From positions 110,856,001 through 110,920,000 of the forward strand of contig NC_042997.1 in assembly GCF_006345805.1 (NCBI RefSeq): a stretch of 64,000 bases of DNA. The letters run 5' to 3'. The translations under genes were made by a program, and so were the position numbers. Shown here piece by piece: positions 50,781 to 62,909 of this stretch. The notes below the pieces were generated by a model. It saw only the letters and a list, made by a program, of their open reading frames with translations, searched no databases and was not told the origin of the DNA. The DNA is from Octopus sinensis (taxonomy: Eukaryota). The first letter of the stretch is position 1. Each line of letters starts with the position of its first letter.

Positions 50781-52794
50781 AGAAAAAGACCGTGATAGCT
50801 GTAATGGCAGAATTTTATTAAGGTAGCCTATAAATACATCAATAAAAGTTTACTGAAACAGGTGTGTAGTGGATCTTGCAGGCATGAAGTAGATTCGATC
50901 CTAGATAGCCAAATTTAAATTAACACTTCAACAGCACTTTTTTTACAGTAAAACAATAGTTTTTCTGTGACAGCCGTTTACATTTGCCAGATGCCTTGGC
51001 TAAGCAAAATAATGTCTTCACCACTTGACCCATCTAACCTCTTCTACTTCACCAAAAGCTAGAATTAAATCACAGACCACCAACTAAATCCATTGTTCTC
51101 AATATGTCCATCCTTCTGGATAGTTATAAAAACAGGAACCCCCAACCAAAAGTTAGCTAACTCGAATTGGTGAAAATGGAGGCTGGCTGACCGGCTGGAC
51201 AAAACACCGTCTCTAAAGATAAGGGCTTAAAAATGACAACTATGGTAACTCACCAACAAAGCAGTTATTTCGTCCCACACTCTCTCACTCTCACTTTATT
51301 TGCTCTTACAACATCATCCTATCTCTTTCTGTAATTACTACTACACAATGACAAGCACATAAACACAAACTATCAAGGAAAATCTACGACATCTATCTTT
51401 ACTTTGCATGCTTTTGGAATATTATCACCTGACCATCGAGGCAAGGTATATACAAATGTAATAGTAAAAATAAATATTTTCTTCACAACTTCAATCACTG
51501 TTCTTTCATCTTTACATAATGGCAATCAACGAAGAACCAATCCTTACAAACTGATTACGACTCCCACGTTCCATGTTATTGTTTACAAATTAATTTCAAC
51601 CGTACAAATTCATAAAAACTTCAACCGTTACAAATGGGTGACTCAGCCGTTACAGGTGTCAATTTTAAACCTCATTTGTGTTCCTTTACAGTTTGTGTGT
51701 GTGTGTGTGGTGAGGGGTGTTAATAAAATAATAACTGAATATTAATTTACAGAAATAAAATTCTTTTAAATTTTAACTGGCCTGGGCCAAACCAGTAATG
51801 CTGAGTTGCATCAATAGACACCATTTTATTTCATTATTGAACATCTGTCCTTTGAAAAATTGCTGAATCATTTCCATGATACTTCCATATTTGCGTAAGT
51901 TTGAATAATTTTCATTATTTTACGACAAGAATAATAGGAAAATAATTTTTGTATGTTTAAAAGTTGACGCAGTCAAACCCTTTGTAACACATTGACATAA
52001 ACTCACCGGCAACTAAACTATTTTTGGTTGAAAAGAGAAAAAAACTGCTTGCGGTTGACAGCAGTTGTGTTGTTTTGTATAAATCATGGAGTTTACATGC
52101 GATGATGAAGAAATATCTTTTGTTTATGGAATGACAGTTGGTCTGACAATTATTATTTGATAAAAGGACAAGTCCAAGGAATTATAAGATTATTCTTTGA
52201 ACTCGGATGTTTATGCTTTATATATTTCTTAAAAACAAGGACGCAGGATAATAAGAAAATAAGAAACGAAAAAAAAAATGAAGGTTGATGCAAAAAATGG
52301 AATGTGAAAAATGAAAAGAAATCAAGAACTAAGATCCTCGTCTGCCTGACTGCAGAATGCTCATTAAATACAACTGGTTTAGAACAAAATAGCAGAAAAT
52401 ATGTCAAAGTTCTCTTTAACTATTATATATCCACTGCATCAGAAATTTGCAATGGTCCATAAGTTCAGTGCTTAGTAATCTGAGAAAATATATATGTGAA
52501 GATGTATCCTTAAGAGAGATGCCAAGGAATTTTTTATCCATTACTGAAGTGTTACCTGGGATAAGTGCTTATAATAGCGAGAAGTTGAAGTTGTAAGAGA
52601 TAATGGTGTTATTGAGACACAAAAGTGTCAGGTAAAGCTGAATAAGTGCTATAGACAGACCATAGTTAAGTCCCAGATTCGGTAATTTTGTGAATAAAGG
52701 GTTTAACATTGGTTCTATGTCAACGTGTGTATAAAAGAATTTTTGCATAATAAGATAAAAAACCAAGGCTGTATTAGAGCATTTATAGATAGAA

Positions 52795-52847
52795 GGTATT
52801 ACAGCTGTTTCTAGGATATTAATTAATAATATCCCTTCATCGGAGAC
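52795..52847 (-). ncRNA. Hammerhead-like motif, CCGAUGA core variant
   Basis: gucu-CCGAUGA-aGGGAUAUU(auuaauu)AAUAUCCUa-GAAA-CAGCUG-UA^auac, palindromic stem III ACAGCUGU, next to a (TA)n tract. Confidence 0.5.
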
Positions 52848-54142
52848 AGTATATATATATATATATATATATTTCAGAAAAATTTAGATTCAGTTGAATA
52901 TGGTACTTAGGTTAAAGGTACCAGAATTTAGTATGGTATTATCCATATAATTCAAAATGGGGTGATTATAATCAAAATAAGCAACAAGGATATCCAGAGG
53001 TAATGCAGTATGATCGTTTCATGCAACTCCATTTAATTGAACAATGAAAACATTACATCAATTTAAAATGTAGAGCAATCTTAGAAATTGCTTTACATTT
53101 TCTTTTATTTGTTTCAGTCATTTGATTGTGGCCATGCTGGAGCACTTCCTTCGAGGGTTTTTAGTTGAAGAATTTGACCCTAGGACTTATTCTTTGTAAG
53201 CCTAATACTTATTCTATCTGGGTCTTTTGCCAAACCGCTAAGTTACGGGGACATTAAACACACCAACATCGGTTGTCAAGTGATGGCAGGGGGACAAACA
53301 CATAAATACGTACACACAAACATATATATGAACAATGAGCTTCTTTCAGTTTCTGCCTACCAAATCCACTCACAAGGCTTTGATCACTCCAAAGCTATAG
53401 TAGAAGACACTTGCACAATGTCCCATACAGTGGGACTGAACCTGGAACCATGTGGTTGGGAAGCAAGCTACTTACCACATAGCAATGCCTGGTATATATA
53501 CACACACACACCACCACCAAGCTAAGTAAAATCTGTCTTCCACATATACAGGCTTGTCCTTTAAGGTGCCAATGCCACATGAAAAGCACCCATTCCAGTG
53601 CCACTGAAAAAGCACCCAGCATGTTGTTAAGTGGTTGGCATTAGAAAGGGCATCCAACCGTAGAAACCATGCCACCACCACAGACTGTTGGAGCCTGGAC
53701 AGCTCCATGTAAAACCGTTCGACCCATACACATAATCGAGACATCATAATAAAGAATGGACAATTATACATATAAACGTAGGCATGGCTGTGTAGTAAGG
53801 AACCTGCTTACCAACCCCATGGTTATGGGTTCAGCCCCACTACGTGGCACCTTGGGCAAGTGTCTTCTACTATAGCCTCAGGCCGACCAAAGCCTTGTGA
53901 GTGGATTCAGTGTGCTTATGTCCCCGTAACTTAGCGGTTCGGCAAAAAGAGAACGATAGAATAAGTACTAGGCTTACAAAGAATAAGTCCTGGGGTCGAT
54001 GTCCCCGACTAAAATCCTTTAAGACGGTGCTCCAGCATGACCACAGTCAAATGACTGAAACGTGTAAAAGAATAAGAGAATATTTTCTTACTCCATTCTG
54101 CCATCTACTGGATAAATACTCTAGTCTCCTTTGATATAGGCA

Positions 54143-54492
54143 ATGTGCGCATTAACAATAACTCTGAGCACCTTTTCAAACTCAACCTGTCTAACACCCG
54201 TGGACATGTTTACAAAGTCAGAAAACAGCACAGCTCCCATGACTTTCGGAAACATTTTTTCACGCTAACAGTTGCTGAAGTATGGAACAAACTGCCGGCA
54301 TCAGTTGTTAGTTGTCGGAGCACTGCATCATTCAAAACTTCCATGCTTTCTGAGATTCGCCAACACTACACCTGATTTTCTCCCCGCCATACACACGCAA
54401 GCATGTATCTGACTCATACACTGTTCACTTCCCAGACATTTGTACATTACTGCATATGCTTTATACACACTTTTGACAAGTTGTGGTGCACA
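54143..54492 (+). mobile_element. CR1-clade LINE 3' end
   Basis: NTRGHVYKVRKQ...FRKHFFTLTVAEVWNKLPASVV...FKT matches the CR1 C-terminal motif. The same 3'UTR tail recurs at 43560-43665 and 57536-57585. Confidence 0.85.
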
Positions 54493-54721
54493 CTTTAAGA
54501 AAGCATATCTCTAATCCTTAACTCATCAGCTTGTTTCACCCACCTGTACGGCTAACAGCTCCTCCCACGCAAAAATGAAACGCAATTTCGGCACCCAAAA
54601 TTACAAAGAGAAACTACTTTAGTGTTTCAAACCTATTCCGCAATCCAGGATTATTATATCTTATATATATATATTATACCCAGTGATACTAACAGGTATG
54701 AAAAAGATATTTTGGCGGGCG

Positions 54722-55738
54722 ATCTTTCGTCTCTAGTAGACCTTTCCGTCGATTTCCGTAAAAAAAAATTTTTTTTTACATATGGGCTTGCGGGAACTTT
54801 TGAAGTAATATACATACATATACACATACACCGAGTAAAAAATTTCAGTTATCTCTTTCTTTCACACATTACTCTGTCTCTTCACACACACTAACAGAAG
54901 CACTTCACTTACACAACATACTGTCTGTCTCCCACACCCATCACCACACACACACGGATCTTTTCACTTTCGGTTAAGTAGGAAAAATTTGACAAATCAG
55001 GCTTCGAAACTGAAAAGATCCGCTTTTTCTTAGTCTCTTTCGCTCTCATTACTTCAAAATTTCCCGCAAGCCCATATGTAAAAAAAAAAATTTGGTAAAA
55101 TTACAGATTATCACCCCCACGATTTTCACTAAGAAAAAAAAAAAAAAAACTCGGATTTTTTGCGTGGAATCAAATACCCTGACCTCCTAATATGCTGCAA
55201 ATCCCATATTTTGGTCCGGAATTCCTCCGGAAAGGGGGGCGGCACAGAGAGAGATCAGAAGCAAAAATTAGAACCTGACACTATCACAGAGCGTAATTCA
55301 AACATTCCACTGGCTCGAGGAACCCCTGTACAATAATTTAATAGTCTTATGCACACATATCTGCACAGGAGAATTAAAAATTACTGCCGATTTTAGCAGT
55401 TTTGCAACTTCTTGCGGAACCCTGGTTGGAAACCACTGGTCTAGCATAACAGTATGTTTTGCTGAGAATTAATCCACTTTTTTTGACAGCAAGAGGTAAG
55501 TTTGTCTGAATTTTATCCATTACATTATCCATTATAGTAATATTTGTCTGTTGAAACCCGTTTTAAGGCGGTCAATAGTTTAATTAAAGATGTGTCTATA
55601 CATGTATATATATATACATGTGTATATATATATATTTATATATACATGTGTATATATATAGACATGTGTATATATATATATATTTATATATATATATATA
55701 TATATATAGATATGTATACACATGTATATATACACCTG

Positions 55739-55798
<60 letters not shown>

Positions 55799-56738
55799 AG
55801 ATACATCTTTAATTAAACTATTGACCGCCTTAAAACAGGTTTCAACAGACAAATATTACTATAATGGATAATATAAGCATATAACTACTTATACACACAT
55901 ACAATAAATACAGACACACACATTAGTCAGACATATAGCCACATATACACACACTGCAAGAATATATTTATTTATAAAGTTTAAACAGAACATGGAATGA
56001 AATGTATTTATTTATAAACTTTAAACTGAACTTCAATTGTTTTATAAGCCTAACAGCGAACCTGACGCAAATACACGAAGTTGACGACTTTCACTTCTGA
56101 CAGCTAAAAGCATGACAGTATGCCAAATCTTCTTTTGCCCAATGATTTGTTCACACTTCAATTTTGCCCAATAATTTGTTGACACTTCAATTTACTATTT
56201 TCTAGAAATGTTTCTTTTCTAAATTATTGATATGTTATTTTTTTTTCCTTGTGAAAATTCCGGGGGAGGGGGTTACCCCCCCTTTCCGGAGCAATTCCGG
56301 ACCAAAATATGGGATTTGCAGCATATTAGGAGGTCAGGGTACTTGATTCCACGCAAAAAATCTGATTTTTTTTTTCTTGTGAAAATTCCGGGGGGGGGGT
56401 ATTACCCCCCCCCCTTTCCGGAGGAATTCCGGACCAAAATATGGGATTTGCAGCATATTAGGAGGTCAGGGTACTTGATTCCACGCTAGAAATCTGATTT
56501 TTTTTTTCCTTGTGAAAATTCGGGGGGGGGGGTAATACCCCCCCCCCTTTCCGGAGGAATTCCGGACCAAAATATGGGATTTGCAGCATATTAGGAGGTC
56601 AGGGTATTTGATTCCACGCAAAAAATCCGAGTTTTTTTTTTTTTTTCTTAGTGAAAATCGTGGGGGTGATAATCTGTAATTTTACCAAAAAAATTTTTTT
56701 ACGGAAATCGACGGAAAGGTCTACTAGAGACGAAAGAT
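54722..56738. mobile_element. Foldback-like element with long modular TIRs
   Basis: 54722-54770 plus 55090-55240 are the reverse complement of 56540-56738. The right arm has three tandem ~132-bp units (56236-56650). The left arm is interrupted by a MITE at 54777-55080 (TIR tacatatgggcttgcggga). Confidence 0.75.
55524..55872. repeat. Near-perfect inverted repeat (~85-bp arms) around a (TA)n-rich spacer
   Basis: attatccattatagtaatatttgtctgttgaaacc.gttttaaggcggtcaatag... and its reverse complement at 55790-55872. Confidence 0.92.
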
Positions 56739-57202
56739 TACCATTATTTATTGTTCTTTACGTCTCCACTGACTTTGGTACCACTCTTAACTTTTATAAC
56801 CTCTGCATTTTCACTTTGTAACAGGATATATTTCACTAAGCGCTACAACTTAATCATTTCAAACCGCTTCGAATTTTCAATCTAACGTAATGCATCTGTC
56901 TCGAAAACGTATTTCTGCAAAATGTTATCTAAAAAATGTGGGTAAAGAAATAAACAGCAAAAAATATTTGAAAATTGGGGTGGGGGCTGAAATTTCCGAG
57001 GCTTCCACTGCACCTCACCCTGTTTTCGGAACCAAAAAAAAGGGCTTTGTAGCATATTAGGAGGTCATCAGAATTCATTCAACGAAAACAAAAACAAAAG
57101 AGTTTCCAATGATTCCGGTTTCTCACCTACCCCTTTTTTACGAACAAAAATAAGGGGTTTGCAGCATATTAGGAGGTCATGTTTTTTTTTTTCCTTAGTG
57201 GA

Positions 57203-60200
57203 ACTGTCATGAGATATACAGACCCACACGTACGGTTTGGTGTATGAAAATAAAATGAAATAAGACGAAACGAACCGAGCAATGCTCAAGTTAAGAGTTA
57301 GGATTCATTCCGTTGGTACCAAAACATTATCTCTGGGGAGAGACTGATTCTCTCGAATTCCTTGATGGCTCATTAGAAGCAGTGGATAATTTCTGCTACC
57401 TAGGGGACCAAATTAGTAGTGGAGGAGGATGTCCGGAGATTGTAATTGGTAGAATAAGAATAGGCTGTTACCTCTGTTGGCTACCAAATGAGTGTTATTT
57501 GAATCTTTCACCCGCACGATTTTATAATATATAATAATGAAATTATTGTATACAGTGCTGTGGTGCACCTGAGCACTGTATACAACGGCGTGCAAAGCTT
57601 ACAGAGACCGGATTAGTTTACTAGTTAAGCGGGCGCTCACGGGGGCAATCATCAACAACAACTGGTGGTTTGCCCTCAAGAGAGCAATTAGAGTAGAGTC
57701 GATTAGGTATAGTAAGACTCTAGCTATTGAACGTAGGAAGAGAGAGCGGGATTTAGTTAAGAAACTAGACGAGGCTCTTGACACTGGCATCGCGACCGAC
57801 GTGTTGGCGGCAAGGTTGGCCCTCGACCAACACTTCGACGCCAAACACGAAGGCTGCGTTGTCAGAGCTAAGGCACGTTCGCTAAGCGGTGAGGGGACTA
57901 GAGCCGCTCGATGGGCCCGTGTGGCGGAGGCGAAGCGAGGCAACAGAGCAACCATTCGGTCTTTGGTGGACCAGAACGGGCGCGAGGTTACCCAACCGAA
58001 GCAGATGTGTACGGTGCTTCAGCGGCACTTTGCTCAACTGTTTGGGACGAGCGGTGGAACGGACACCAACGGTACAGACTTCGGTGTGTACCTGGACGGA
58101 CTGCCGCAACTCTCGGACAGCGAGGCAGAGTGCTGCGAAGGACCGATATCTGCCTGGGAAGTACAGGAAGCGATGAAGAGTTGCACGAGAGGTAGATCGC
58201 CGGGTTTGGATGGTCTGCCCTACGAGCTTTACTTTTCAATGCCAGACTTGTTTGCGGACCTGTTGGCAAACGTCTACTGGGAGAATTCCTGCTTTTGTCT
58301 GTCGAGGGGTGGTGGCTTTGCTAAAGAAGGACTCAAACAAGGGGGACGTTATAGGGAATTTCCGGCCCATCACTCTGCTCAATGCAGAGTTGAAGATTTT
58401 GGCCAAGGTGCTAGCCAAGAGATTGGCGCTTGTCGTGGACAAGCTGGTCGGCGAGACGCAGACATGCGCCGTGCCGACCAGGTCGATACACGACAACCTC
58501 CATCTCATGCGCTACATCATAGAGAGGGTGGGTAACGACGCTGCGCGCGGGTGGGGCTTTGATCAACTTGGATCAGAGTAAAGCCTTCGATAGGGTCGAC
58601 CATCGGTACCTGGCAGCTGTCCTCAGGGCAGCCGGCTTCGGTCCAGTCTTCCGCGGGTGGATCGCTGCTTTATACAGCAACATCTGCTCAGTGATACGGG
58701 TGAACGGTCACCTTTCGGAACCGTTCGACATCTCGCGTTCGGTCCGCCAAGGATGCCCTCTCTCTCCCTCTTGTACATTTTGACTCTCGAGCCATTACTG
58801 CGCAAGTTGGAGGCTTTGAGGGGTATCCCGCGCGATCTAGGGGGCGGAAACAGCGTGTCTGCTTATGCCGACGACGTCACCGTGGTGGTGTCGAGCCACA
58901 GGCACATTGGCCTGATTGGCGAGACGCTAAACCAGTACGAAGCGGTGACAGGGGCAAAGATTAACGCGGAAAAGTCTGTGGGCTTGCAACTGGGCACCTG
59001 GAGAGGCAAGCCCATGCCGTCCAACAGCGTCGTAGGGCGCTGGACAGACGGACCCGTTAAACTGCTCGGGGTCTGGTTCGGTCCGGACCTCCAGGTGGAT
59101 AAGAACTGGGAAGAGGTGACGAGCAGGGTGGCACGTCTCACCCAGAAATGGGCCGAGAGGAAGCTGTCCCTGAAAGGTCGAGCGGAGGTGGCGAATGCGT
59201 ACATCGCATCCGTCATCTATTACCGCTTGACCGTCGTCCTTTGTCCCGACCGCTGGTTGGCCAAGCTGGTACGTCTGCTCTTCGACTTTTTTGTGGAAGG
59301 GTCAGGTGCCACTGGTCAGGCGATCCATCTGCTGTCAACGACCGCTGAACGGAGGCCTTGGAATGCCGTGGTTGCTGTTGCGCAGACATGCGCTCAGGCT
59401 GCGACATCTCAAGCGCTTCCTAGACGGTGAACAGGTGTGGTCGTCTTTGTCAGACGCGATTTTCCGCAGCTCGTCTCTTTGACGGAACTGCAGACCTGGA
59501 TCAAACGTAGACCGAGAAAGGGCGCTTGGCACCTCGAGTGCCGTCAAGCCCTCTCCGCCCTCCGCCAGGCGGGCAATGCGGTCGGTTACAGCTCCACTCT
59601 AGCGTTCTATAGAGGGTTAGTGGAGGAAAAATGCGACGACGTTCTCGGGGAAACTCTAGGCGTTGAAGATGACGAACTGTGCGGTCTGTTCGGGAGGACT
59701 TTCGGGCGGGGCCGATGGATAATTTCCAGAGGTCTCTCGCTTGGCAGTGCTACGAGGGGCTCTGCCTGTTCGAGATAAACTCTACCGGCACGGAAGTGCC
59801 GTCAGCCGGGCCTGCCCGAGGTGTTGCCAGGACGACGAAACCGTTCTGCACGCACTCGTTCAGTGCCCGAGTATTGCTGAAATATGGGTTTATGTCGAAC
59901 AGCTACTGTCACGTGTAGGACGGATCCGACTATCGGCCGAATCCATAGTGAAGATTGCCCCGCCACCTCCTTTAACAAGGAGGGCGAGGCCGTTTTCTTG
60001 TGCCTAGTGGCTGTGGCGAAAGAGGTCGTGTGGTGGACTCGTTTGAAAGGGCTAAAGTCAGACACTTTCCTCTTTGGTCAAGGCCTCATCAACTTTTTCA
60101 AGTTTCACTTGAAAAGGAAGATGAGGTTAGAGAGGAAAGTGCTGTCCGATAGCAAGTTTTATGAAAGGTGGGTGAATTGTGCGAGACTGGCCTGTATAAA

Positions 60201-60844
60201 TGGACCAGTTCTCAGGTTTCGCCTGTGATTTCAAAGAAAAAGGTAATGTAAAAGGAGAAGAAAGGGGACTCTCTACACCCCCTTTTTTTTGACCAGGCTC
60301 CCGTTGGCTTTTGTAGGGTTTTTTCCACCAGGAACCTTTCGAAACGTCTCCCCCTTTTGGGAGTTTTTCATTGTTGAATTTTATAAGTTGTTATAAAGAT
60401 TTTTACTCGATGTTTTAAAAAAAACGGCAAAACCCTTTGTAACCTTTCGTCCTGTCTTGTCCCTTTATGTAATCATGCGTGTCAGCCCTTGTGGCCAATA
60501 AAAAAGAATTGATTATATATTATAAAATCGTGCGGGTGGAAGATTCAAATAACACTCATTTGGTAGCCAACAGAGGTAACAGCCTATTCTTATTCTAGCT
60601 ATTACAATCTCCGTGCATCCTCCTCCACTACTAATTTGGTCCCCTAGGTAGCAGAAATTATCCACTGCTTCTAATGAGCCATCAAGGAATTCGAGAGAAT
60701 CAGTCTCTCCCCAGAGATAATGTTTTGGTACCAACGGAATGAATCCTAACTCTTAACTTGAGCATTGCTCGGTTCGTTTCGTCTTATTTCATTTTATTTT
60801 CATAAACCAAACCGTACGTGTGGGTCTGTATATCTCATGACAGT
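57203..60844. repeat. ~333-bp near-perfect inverted repeat (57203-57535 and 60512-60844) bracketing the Tx1 element
   Basis: Arms are reverse complements with about 6 mismatches; ORFs 57313(+) and 60513(-) are near-identical. The arms include an old RTE fragment (LEAVDNFCYLGDQISSGGG). Confidence 0.95.
57586..60511 (+). mobile_element. 5'-truncated Tx1/L1-group non-LTR retrotransposon (ORF2 RT plus C-terminal CCHC), split by several frameshifts
   Basis: Motifs SPGLDGLPYELY, NFRPITLLNAELKILAK, LDQSKAFDRVDH, RQGCPLSP, AYADD and CPRC..ETVLHALVQC across consecutive ORFs 57801-60228. T-rich 3'UTR ends AATAAAAAAG. Clearly more GC/CpG-rich than the flanks. Confidence 0.93.
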
Positions 60845-61597
60845 CCAAAAGAAGCGAGAACTGTCATGAGAACTACAGACCCACACCGTTGAACCCCTAA
60901 TTTGGTGGCAATTATTCTCGCCTTTTTCGCATTGTATGCACAGGAATTAAATAAGTTTCACTCGATATCTTCAGAGGATAGTTTTGTACGAAGAACCTAC
61001 CCAAGGCAGCGGCTCGCTCACTGATATTCATTCGCCTTAGAAGTAATTTATTATTTTTATTTTTATTTTATAACCCACAAGGGGCTAAACACAGAGAGGA
61101 CAAACAAGGGCAGACAAAGGGATTAAGTCGATTACATCGACCCCAGTGCGTAACTAGTACTTAATTTATCGACCTCGAAAGGATGAAAGGCAAAGTCGAC
61201 CTCGGCGGAATTTGAACTCAGAACGTCTTAAAAGTAATTAAGATCTCCATCTCATACGGCTGTAAACAGTTTACCATCGACCTTATTTAATACACATTTT
61301 ACAAGAGGAACCATAAAGGAGAGAAACGAGAAGCTGCAGTATTCCAGATGAGTGGAACAAATTACAGAAGACCGTGAGTGTGTGAGAAACGGGCATAAAT
61401 AGATATGTCAGGGAACTTGTCACATTTCATTGGTGACTAAAGTAGCTTCAACAGTGGGTTGCGGGACCATTTGCCTTAAACAGCTTCAATATCTTACAAG
61501 TATTCATTTCAGAAAAGACTCCTTGAAACTTTTCGATGAGCGGAGATCAATCAATCCATCTACTTTTGTAAGTAAAAACTATATATATAAACGAGGC

Positions 61598-61636
<39 letters not shown>

Positions 61637-61844
61637 ATATATATATATATACAAACCAATTGCAGCGTGGAAGGTGTTTATAAGCCATTTAAGAAACACA
61701 CAAAAGCCGTTCGATTCACTTCAACATTTAAGTTTTTAAATGGCTTATAAACACCTTCCACGCTGCAATTGTTTTCGTTTCAGCACACGATCTCAGATCA
61801 AATTACTTGCTATGCGAGTACATCTCGTAATATATATATATATA

Positions 61845-62237
61845 TCTTTATATATAAAAGTGAGGTTGTGTCTGTCTCCTACGATTTAGATTCCTAACTA
61901 CTCCCACATTTTGCGGTGCAGTTTAACCAAAACCGGGTATCTTATAGTCGTAATTCATATCGAGCCCTTCTGGGTATTAGCGCGCGTCTACGATGAGTCT
62001 ACGATTTAAAAAAAAATTTACCATCATTTTTTTCCATTTGAATGCATTTTTTCGCTATTATATAAGGGAAGTAACTCTCTAAAAATGTCTACGATGAGTC
62101 AACGATTTTAAAAAAAATTTACCATCATTTTTTTCCATTTTAATGCATTTTTAACTATTTTTTGGCTATAACTCTCTAAAAATGCTTATATAGTTATTTC
62201 CCTTACAAACCCGAGCAACGCCGGGCGATACTGCTAG
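61845..62237 (+). mobile_element. Non-autonomous Helitron
   Basis: A|TC start, 3' hairpin cccgagcaacgccggg, CTAG|T end, internal ~100-bp tandem duplication; inserted in (TA)n. Confidence 0.8.
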
Positions 62238-62363
62238 TATATATATATATATATATAGATGGTGTCCTGTACCCATATATGCATGTATATATACATGTAG
62301 AGGTAGGTACGTACATATATGTATGTATATATGCATATGTTTTATTTTATTTATTAATTAATT

Positions 62364-62406
<43 letters not shown>

Positions 62407-62569
62407 AACGAGGCGTGTGTGTATATATATATATTATATATATATATTATATATATATATAGGCAACGTTCGGTTGACATGCGAAACATCGCCATATATA
62501 TATATACGAAGCGTTCATGTGTATATATATGGCAATCCTTCGTTTTAACATATATATATATATATATAT

Positions 62570-62806
62570 TATATACCAATTAAGGACTGAACACGAAAAG
62601 GTGGACAGTCAAATGCTAGATATAGACGTCAAATCGCCATTCTCCACAAGGATTATGTTCTCAAATAAAAATAAAATTCAGCACGAGGTCGTGCTGAATT
62701 TTATTTTTATTTGAGAACATAATCCTTGTGGAGAATGGCGATTTGACGTCTATATCTAGCATGTTGACTGTCCACCTTTTCGTGTTCAGTCCTTAATTGG
62801 TATATA
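62570..62806. repeat. Near-perfect palindrome with ~115-bp arms, centred at ~62687
   Basis: tataccaattaaggactgaacacg...ttcagcacgaggtcgtgctgaa...cgtgttcagtccttaattggtata. Confidence 0.95.
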
Positions 62807-62909
62807 TAAATATTTTAATCTTCGGATTCTTTTTAATGTGCTAGACCACTGGTTTTAATTGACTAATATCAATTTCTACCCTTAATTTTTATATATATAT
62901 ATATATAAA

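Noticed and set aside
57586-60511. GC-rich island as bacterial contamination or a horizontally acquired gene
   Set aside because: The motifs are those of a Tx1/L1 non-LTR retrotransposon with a eukaryotic 3' end; GC content alone does not show transfer.
57313-60734. Two near-identical 73-aa ORFs on opposite strands as a gene pair
   Set aside because: They are the arms of the inverted duplication and contain a decayed RTE fragment.
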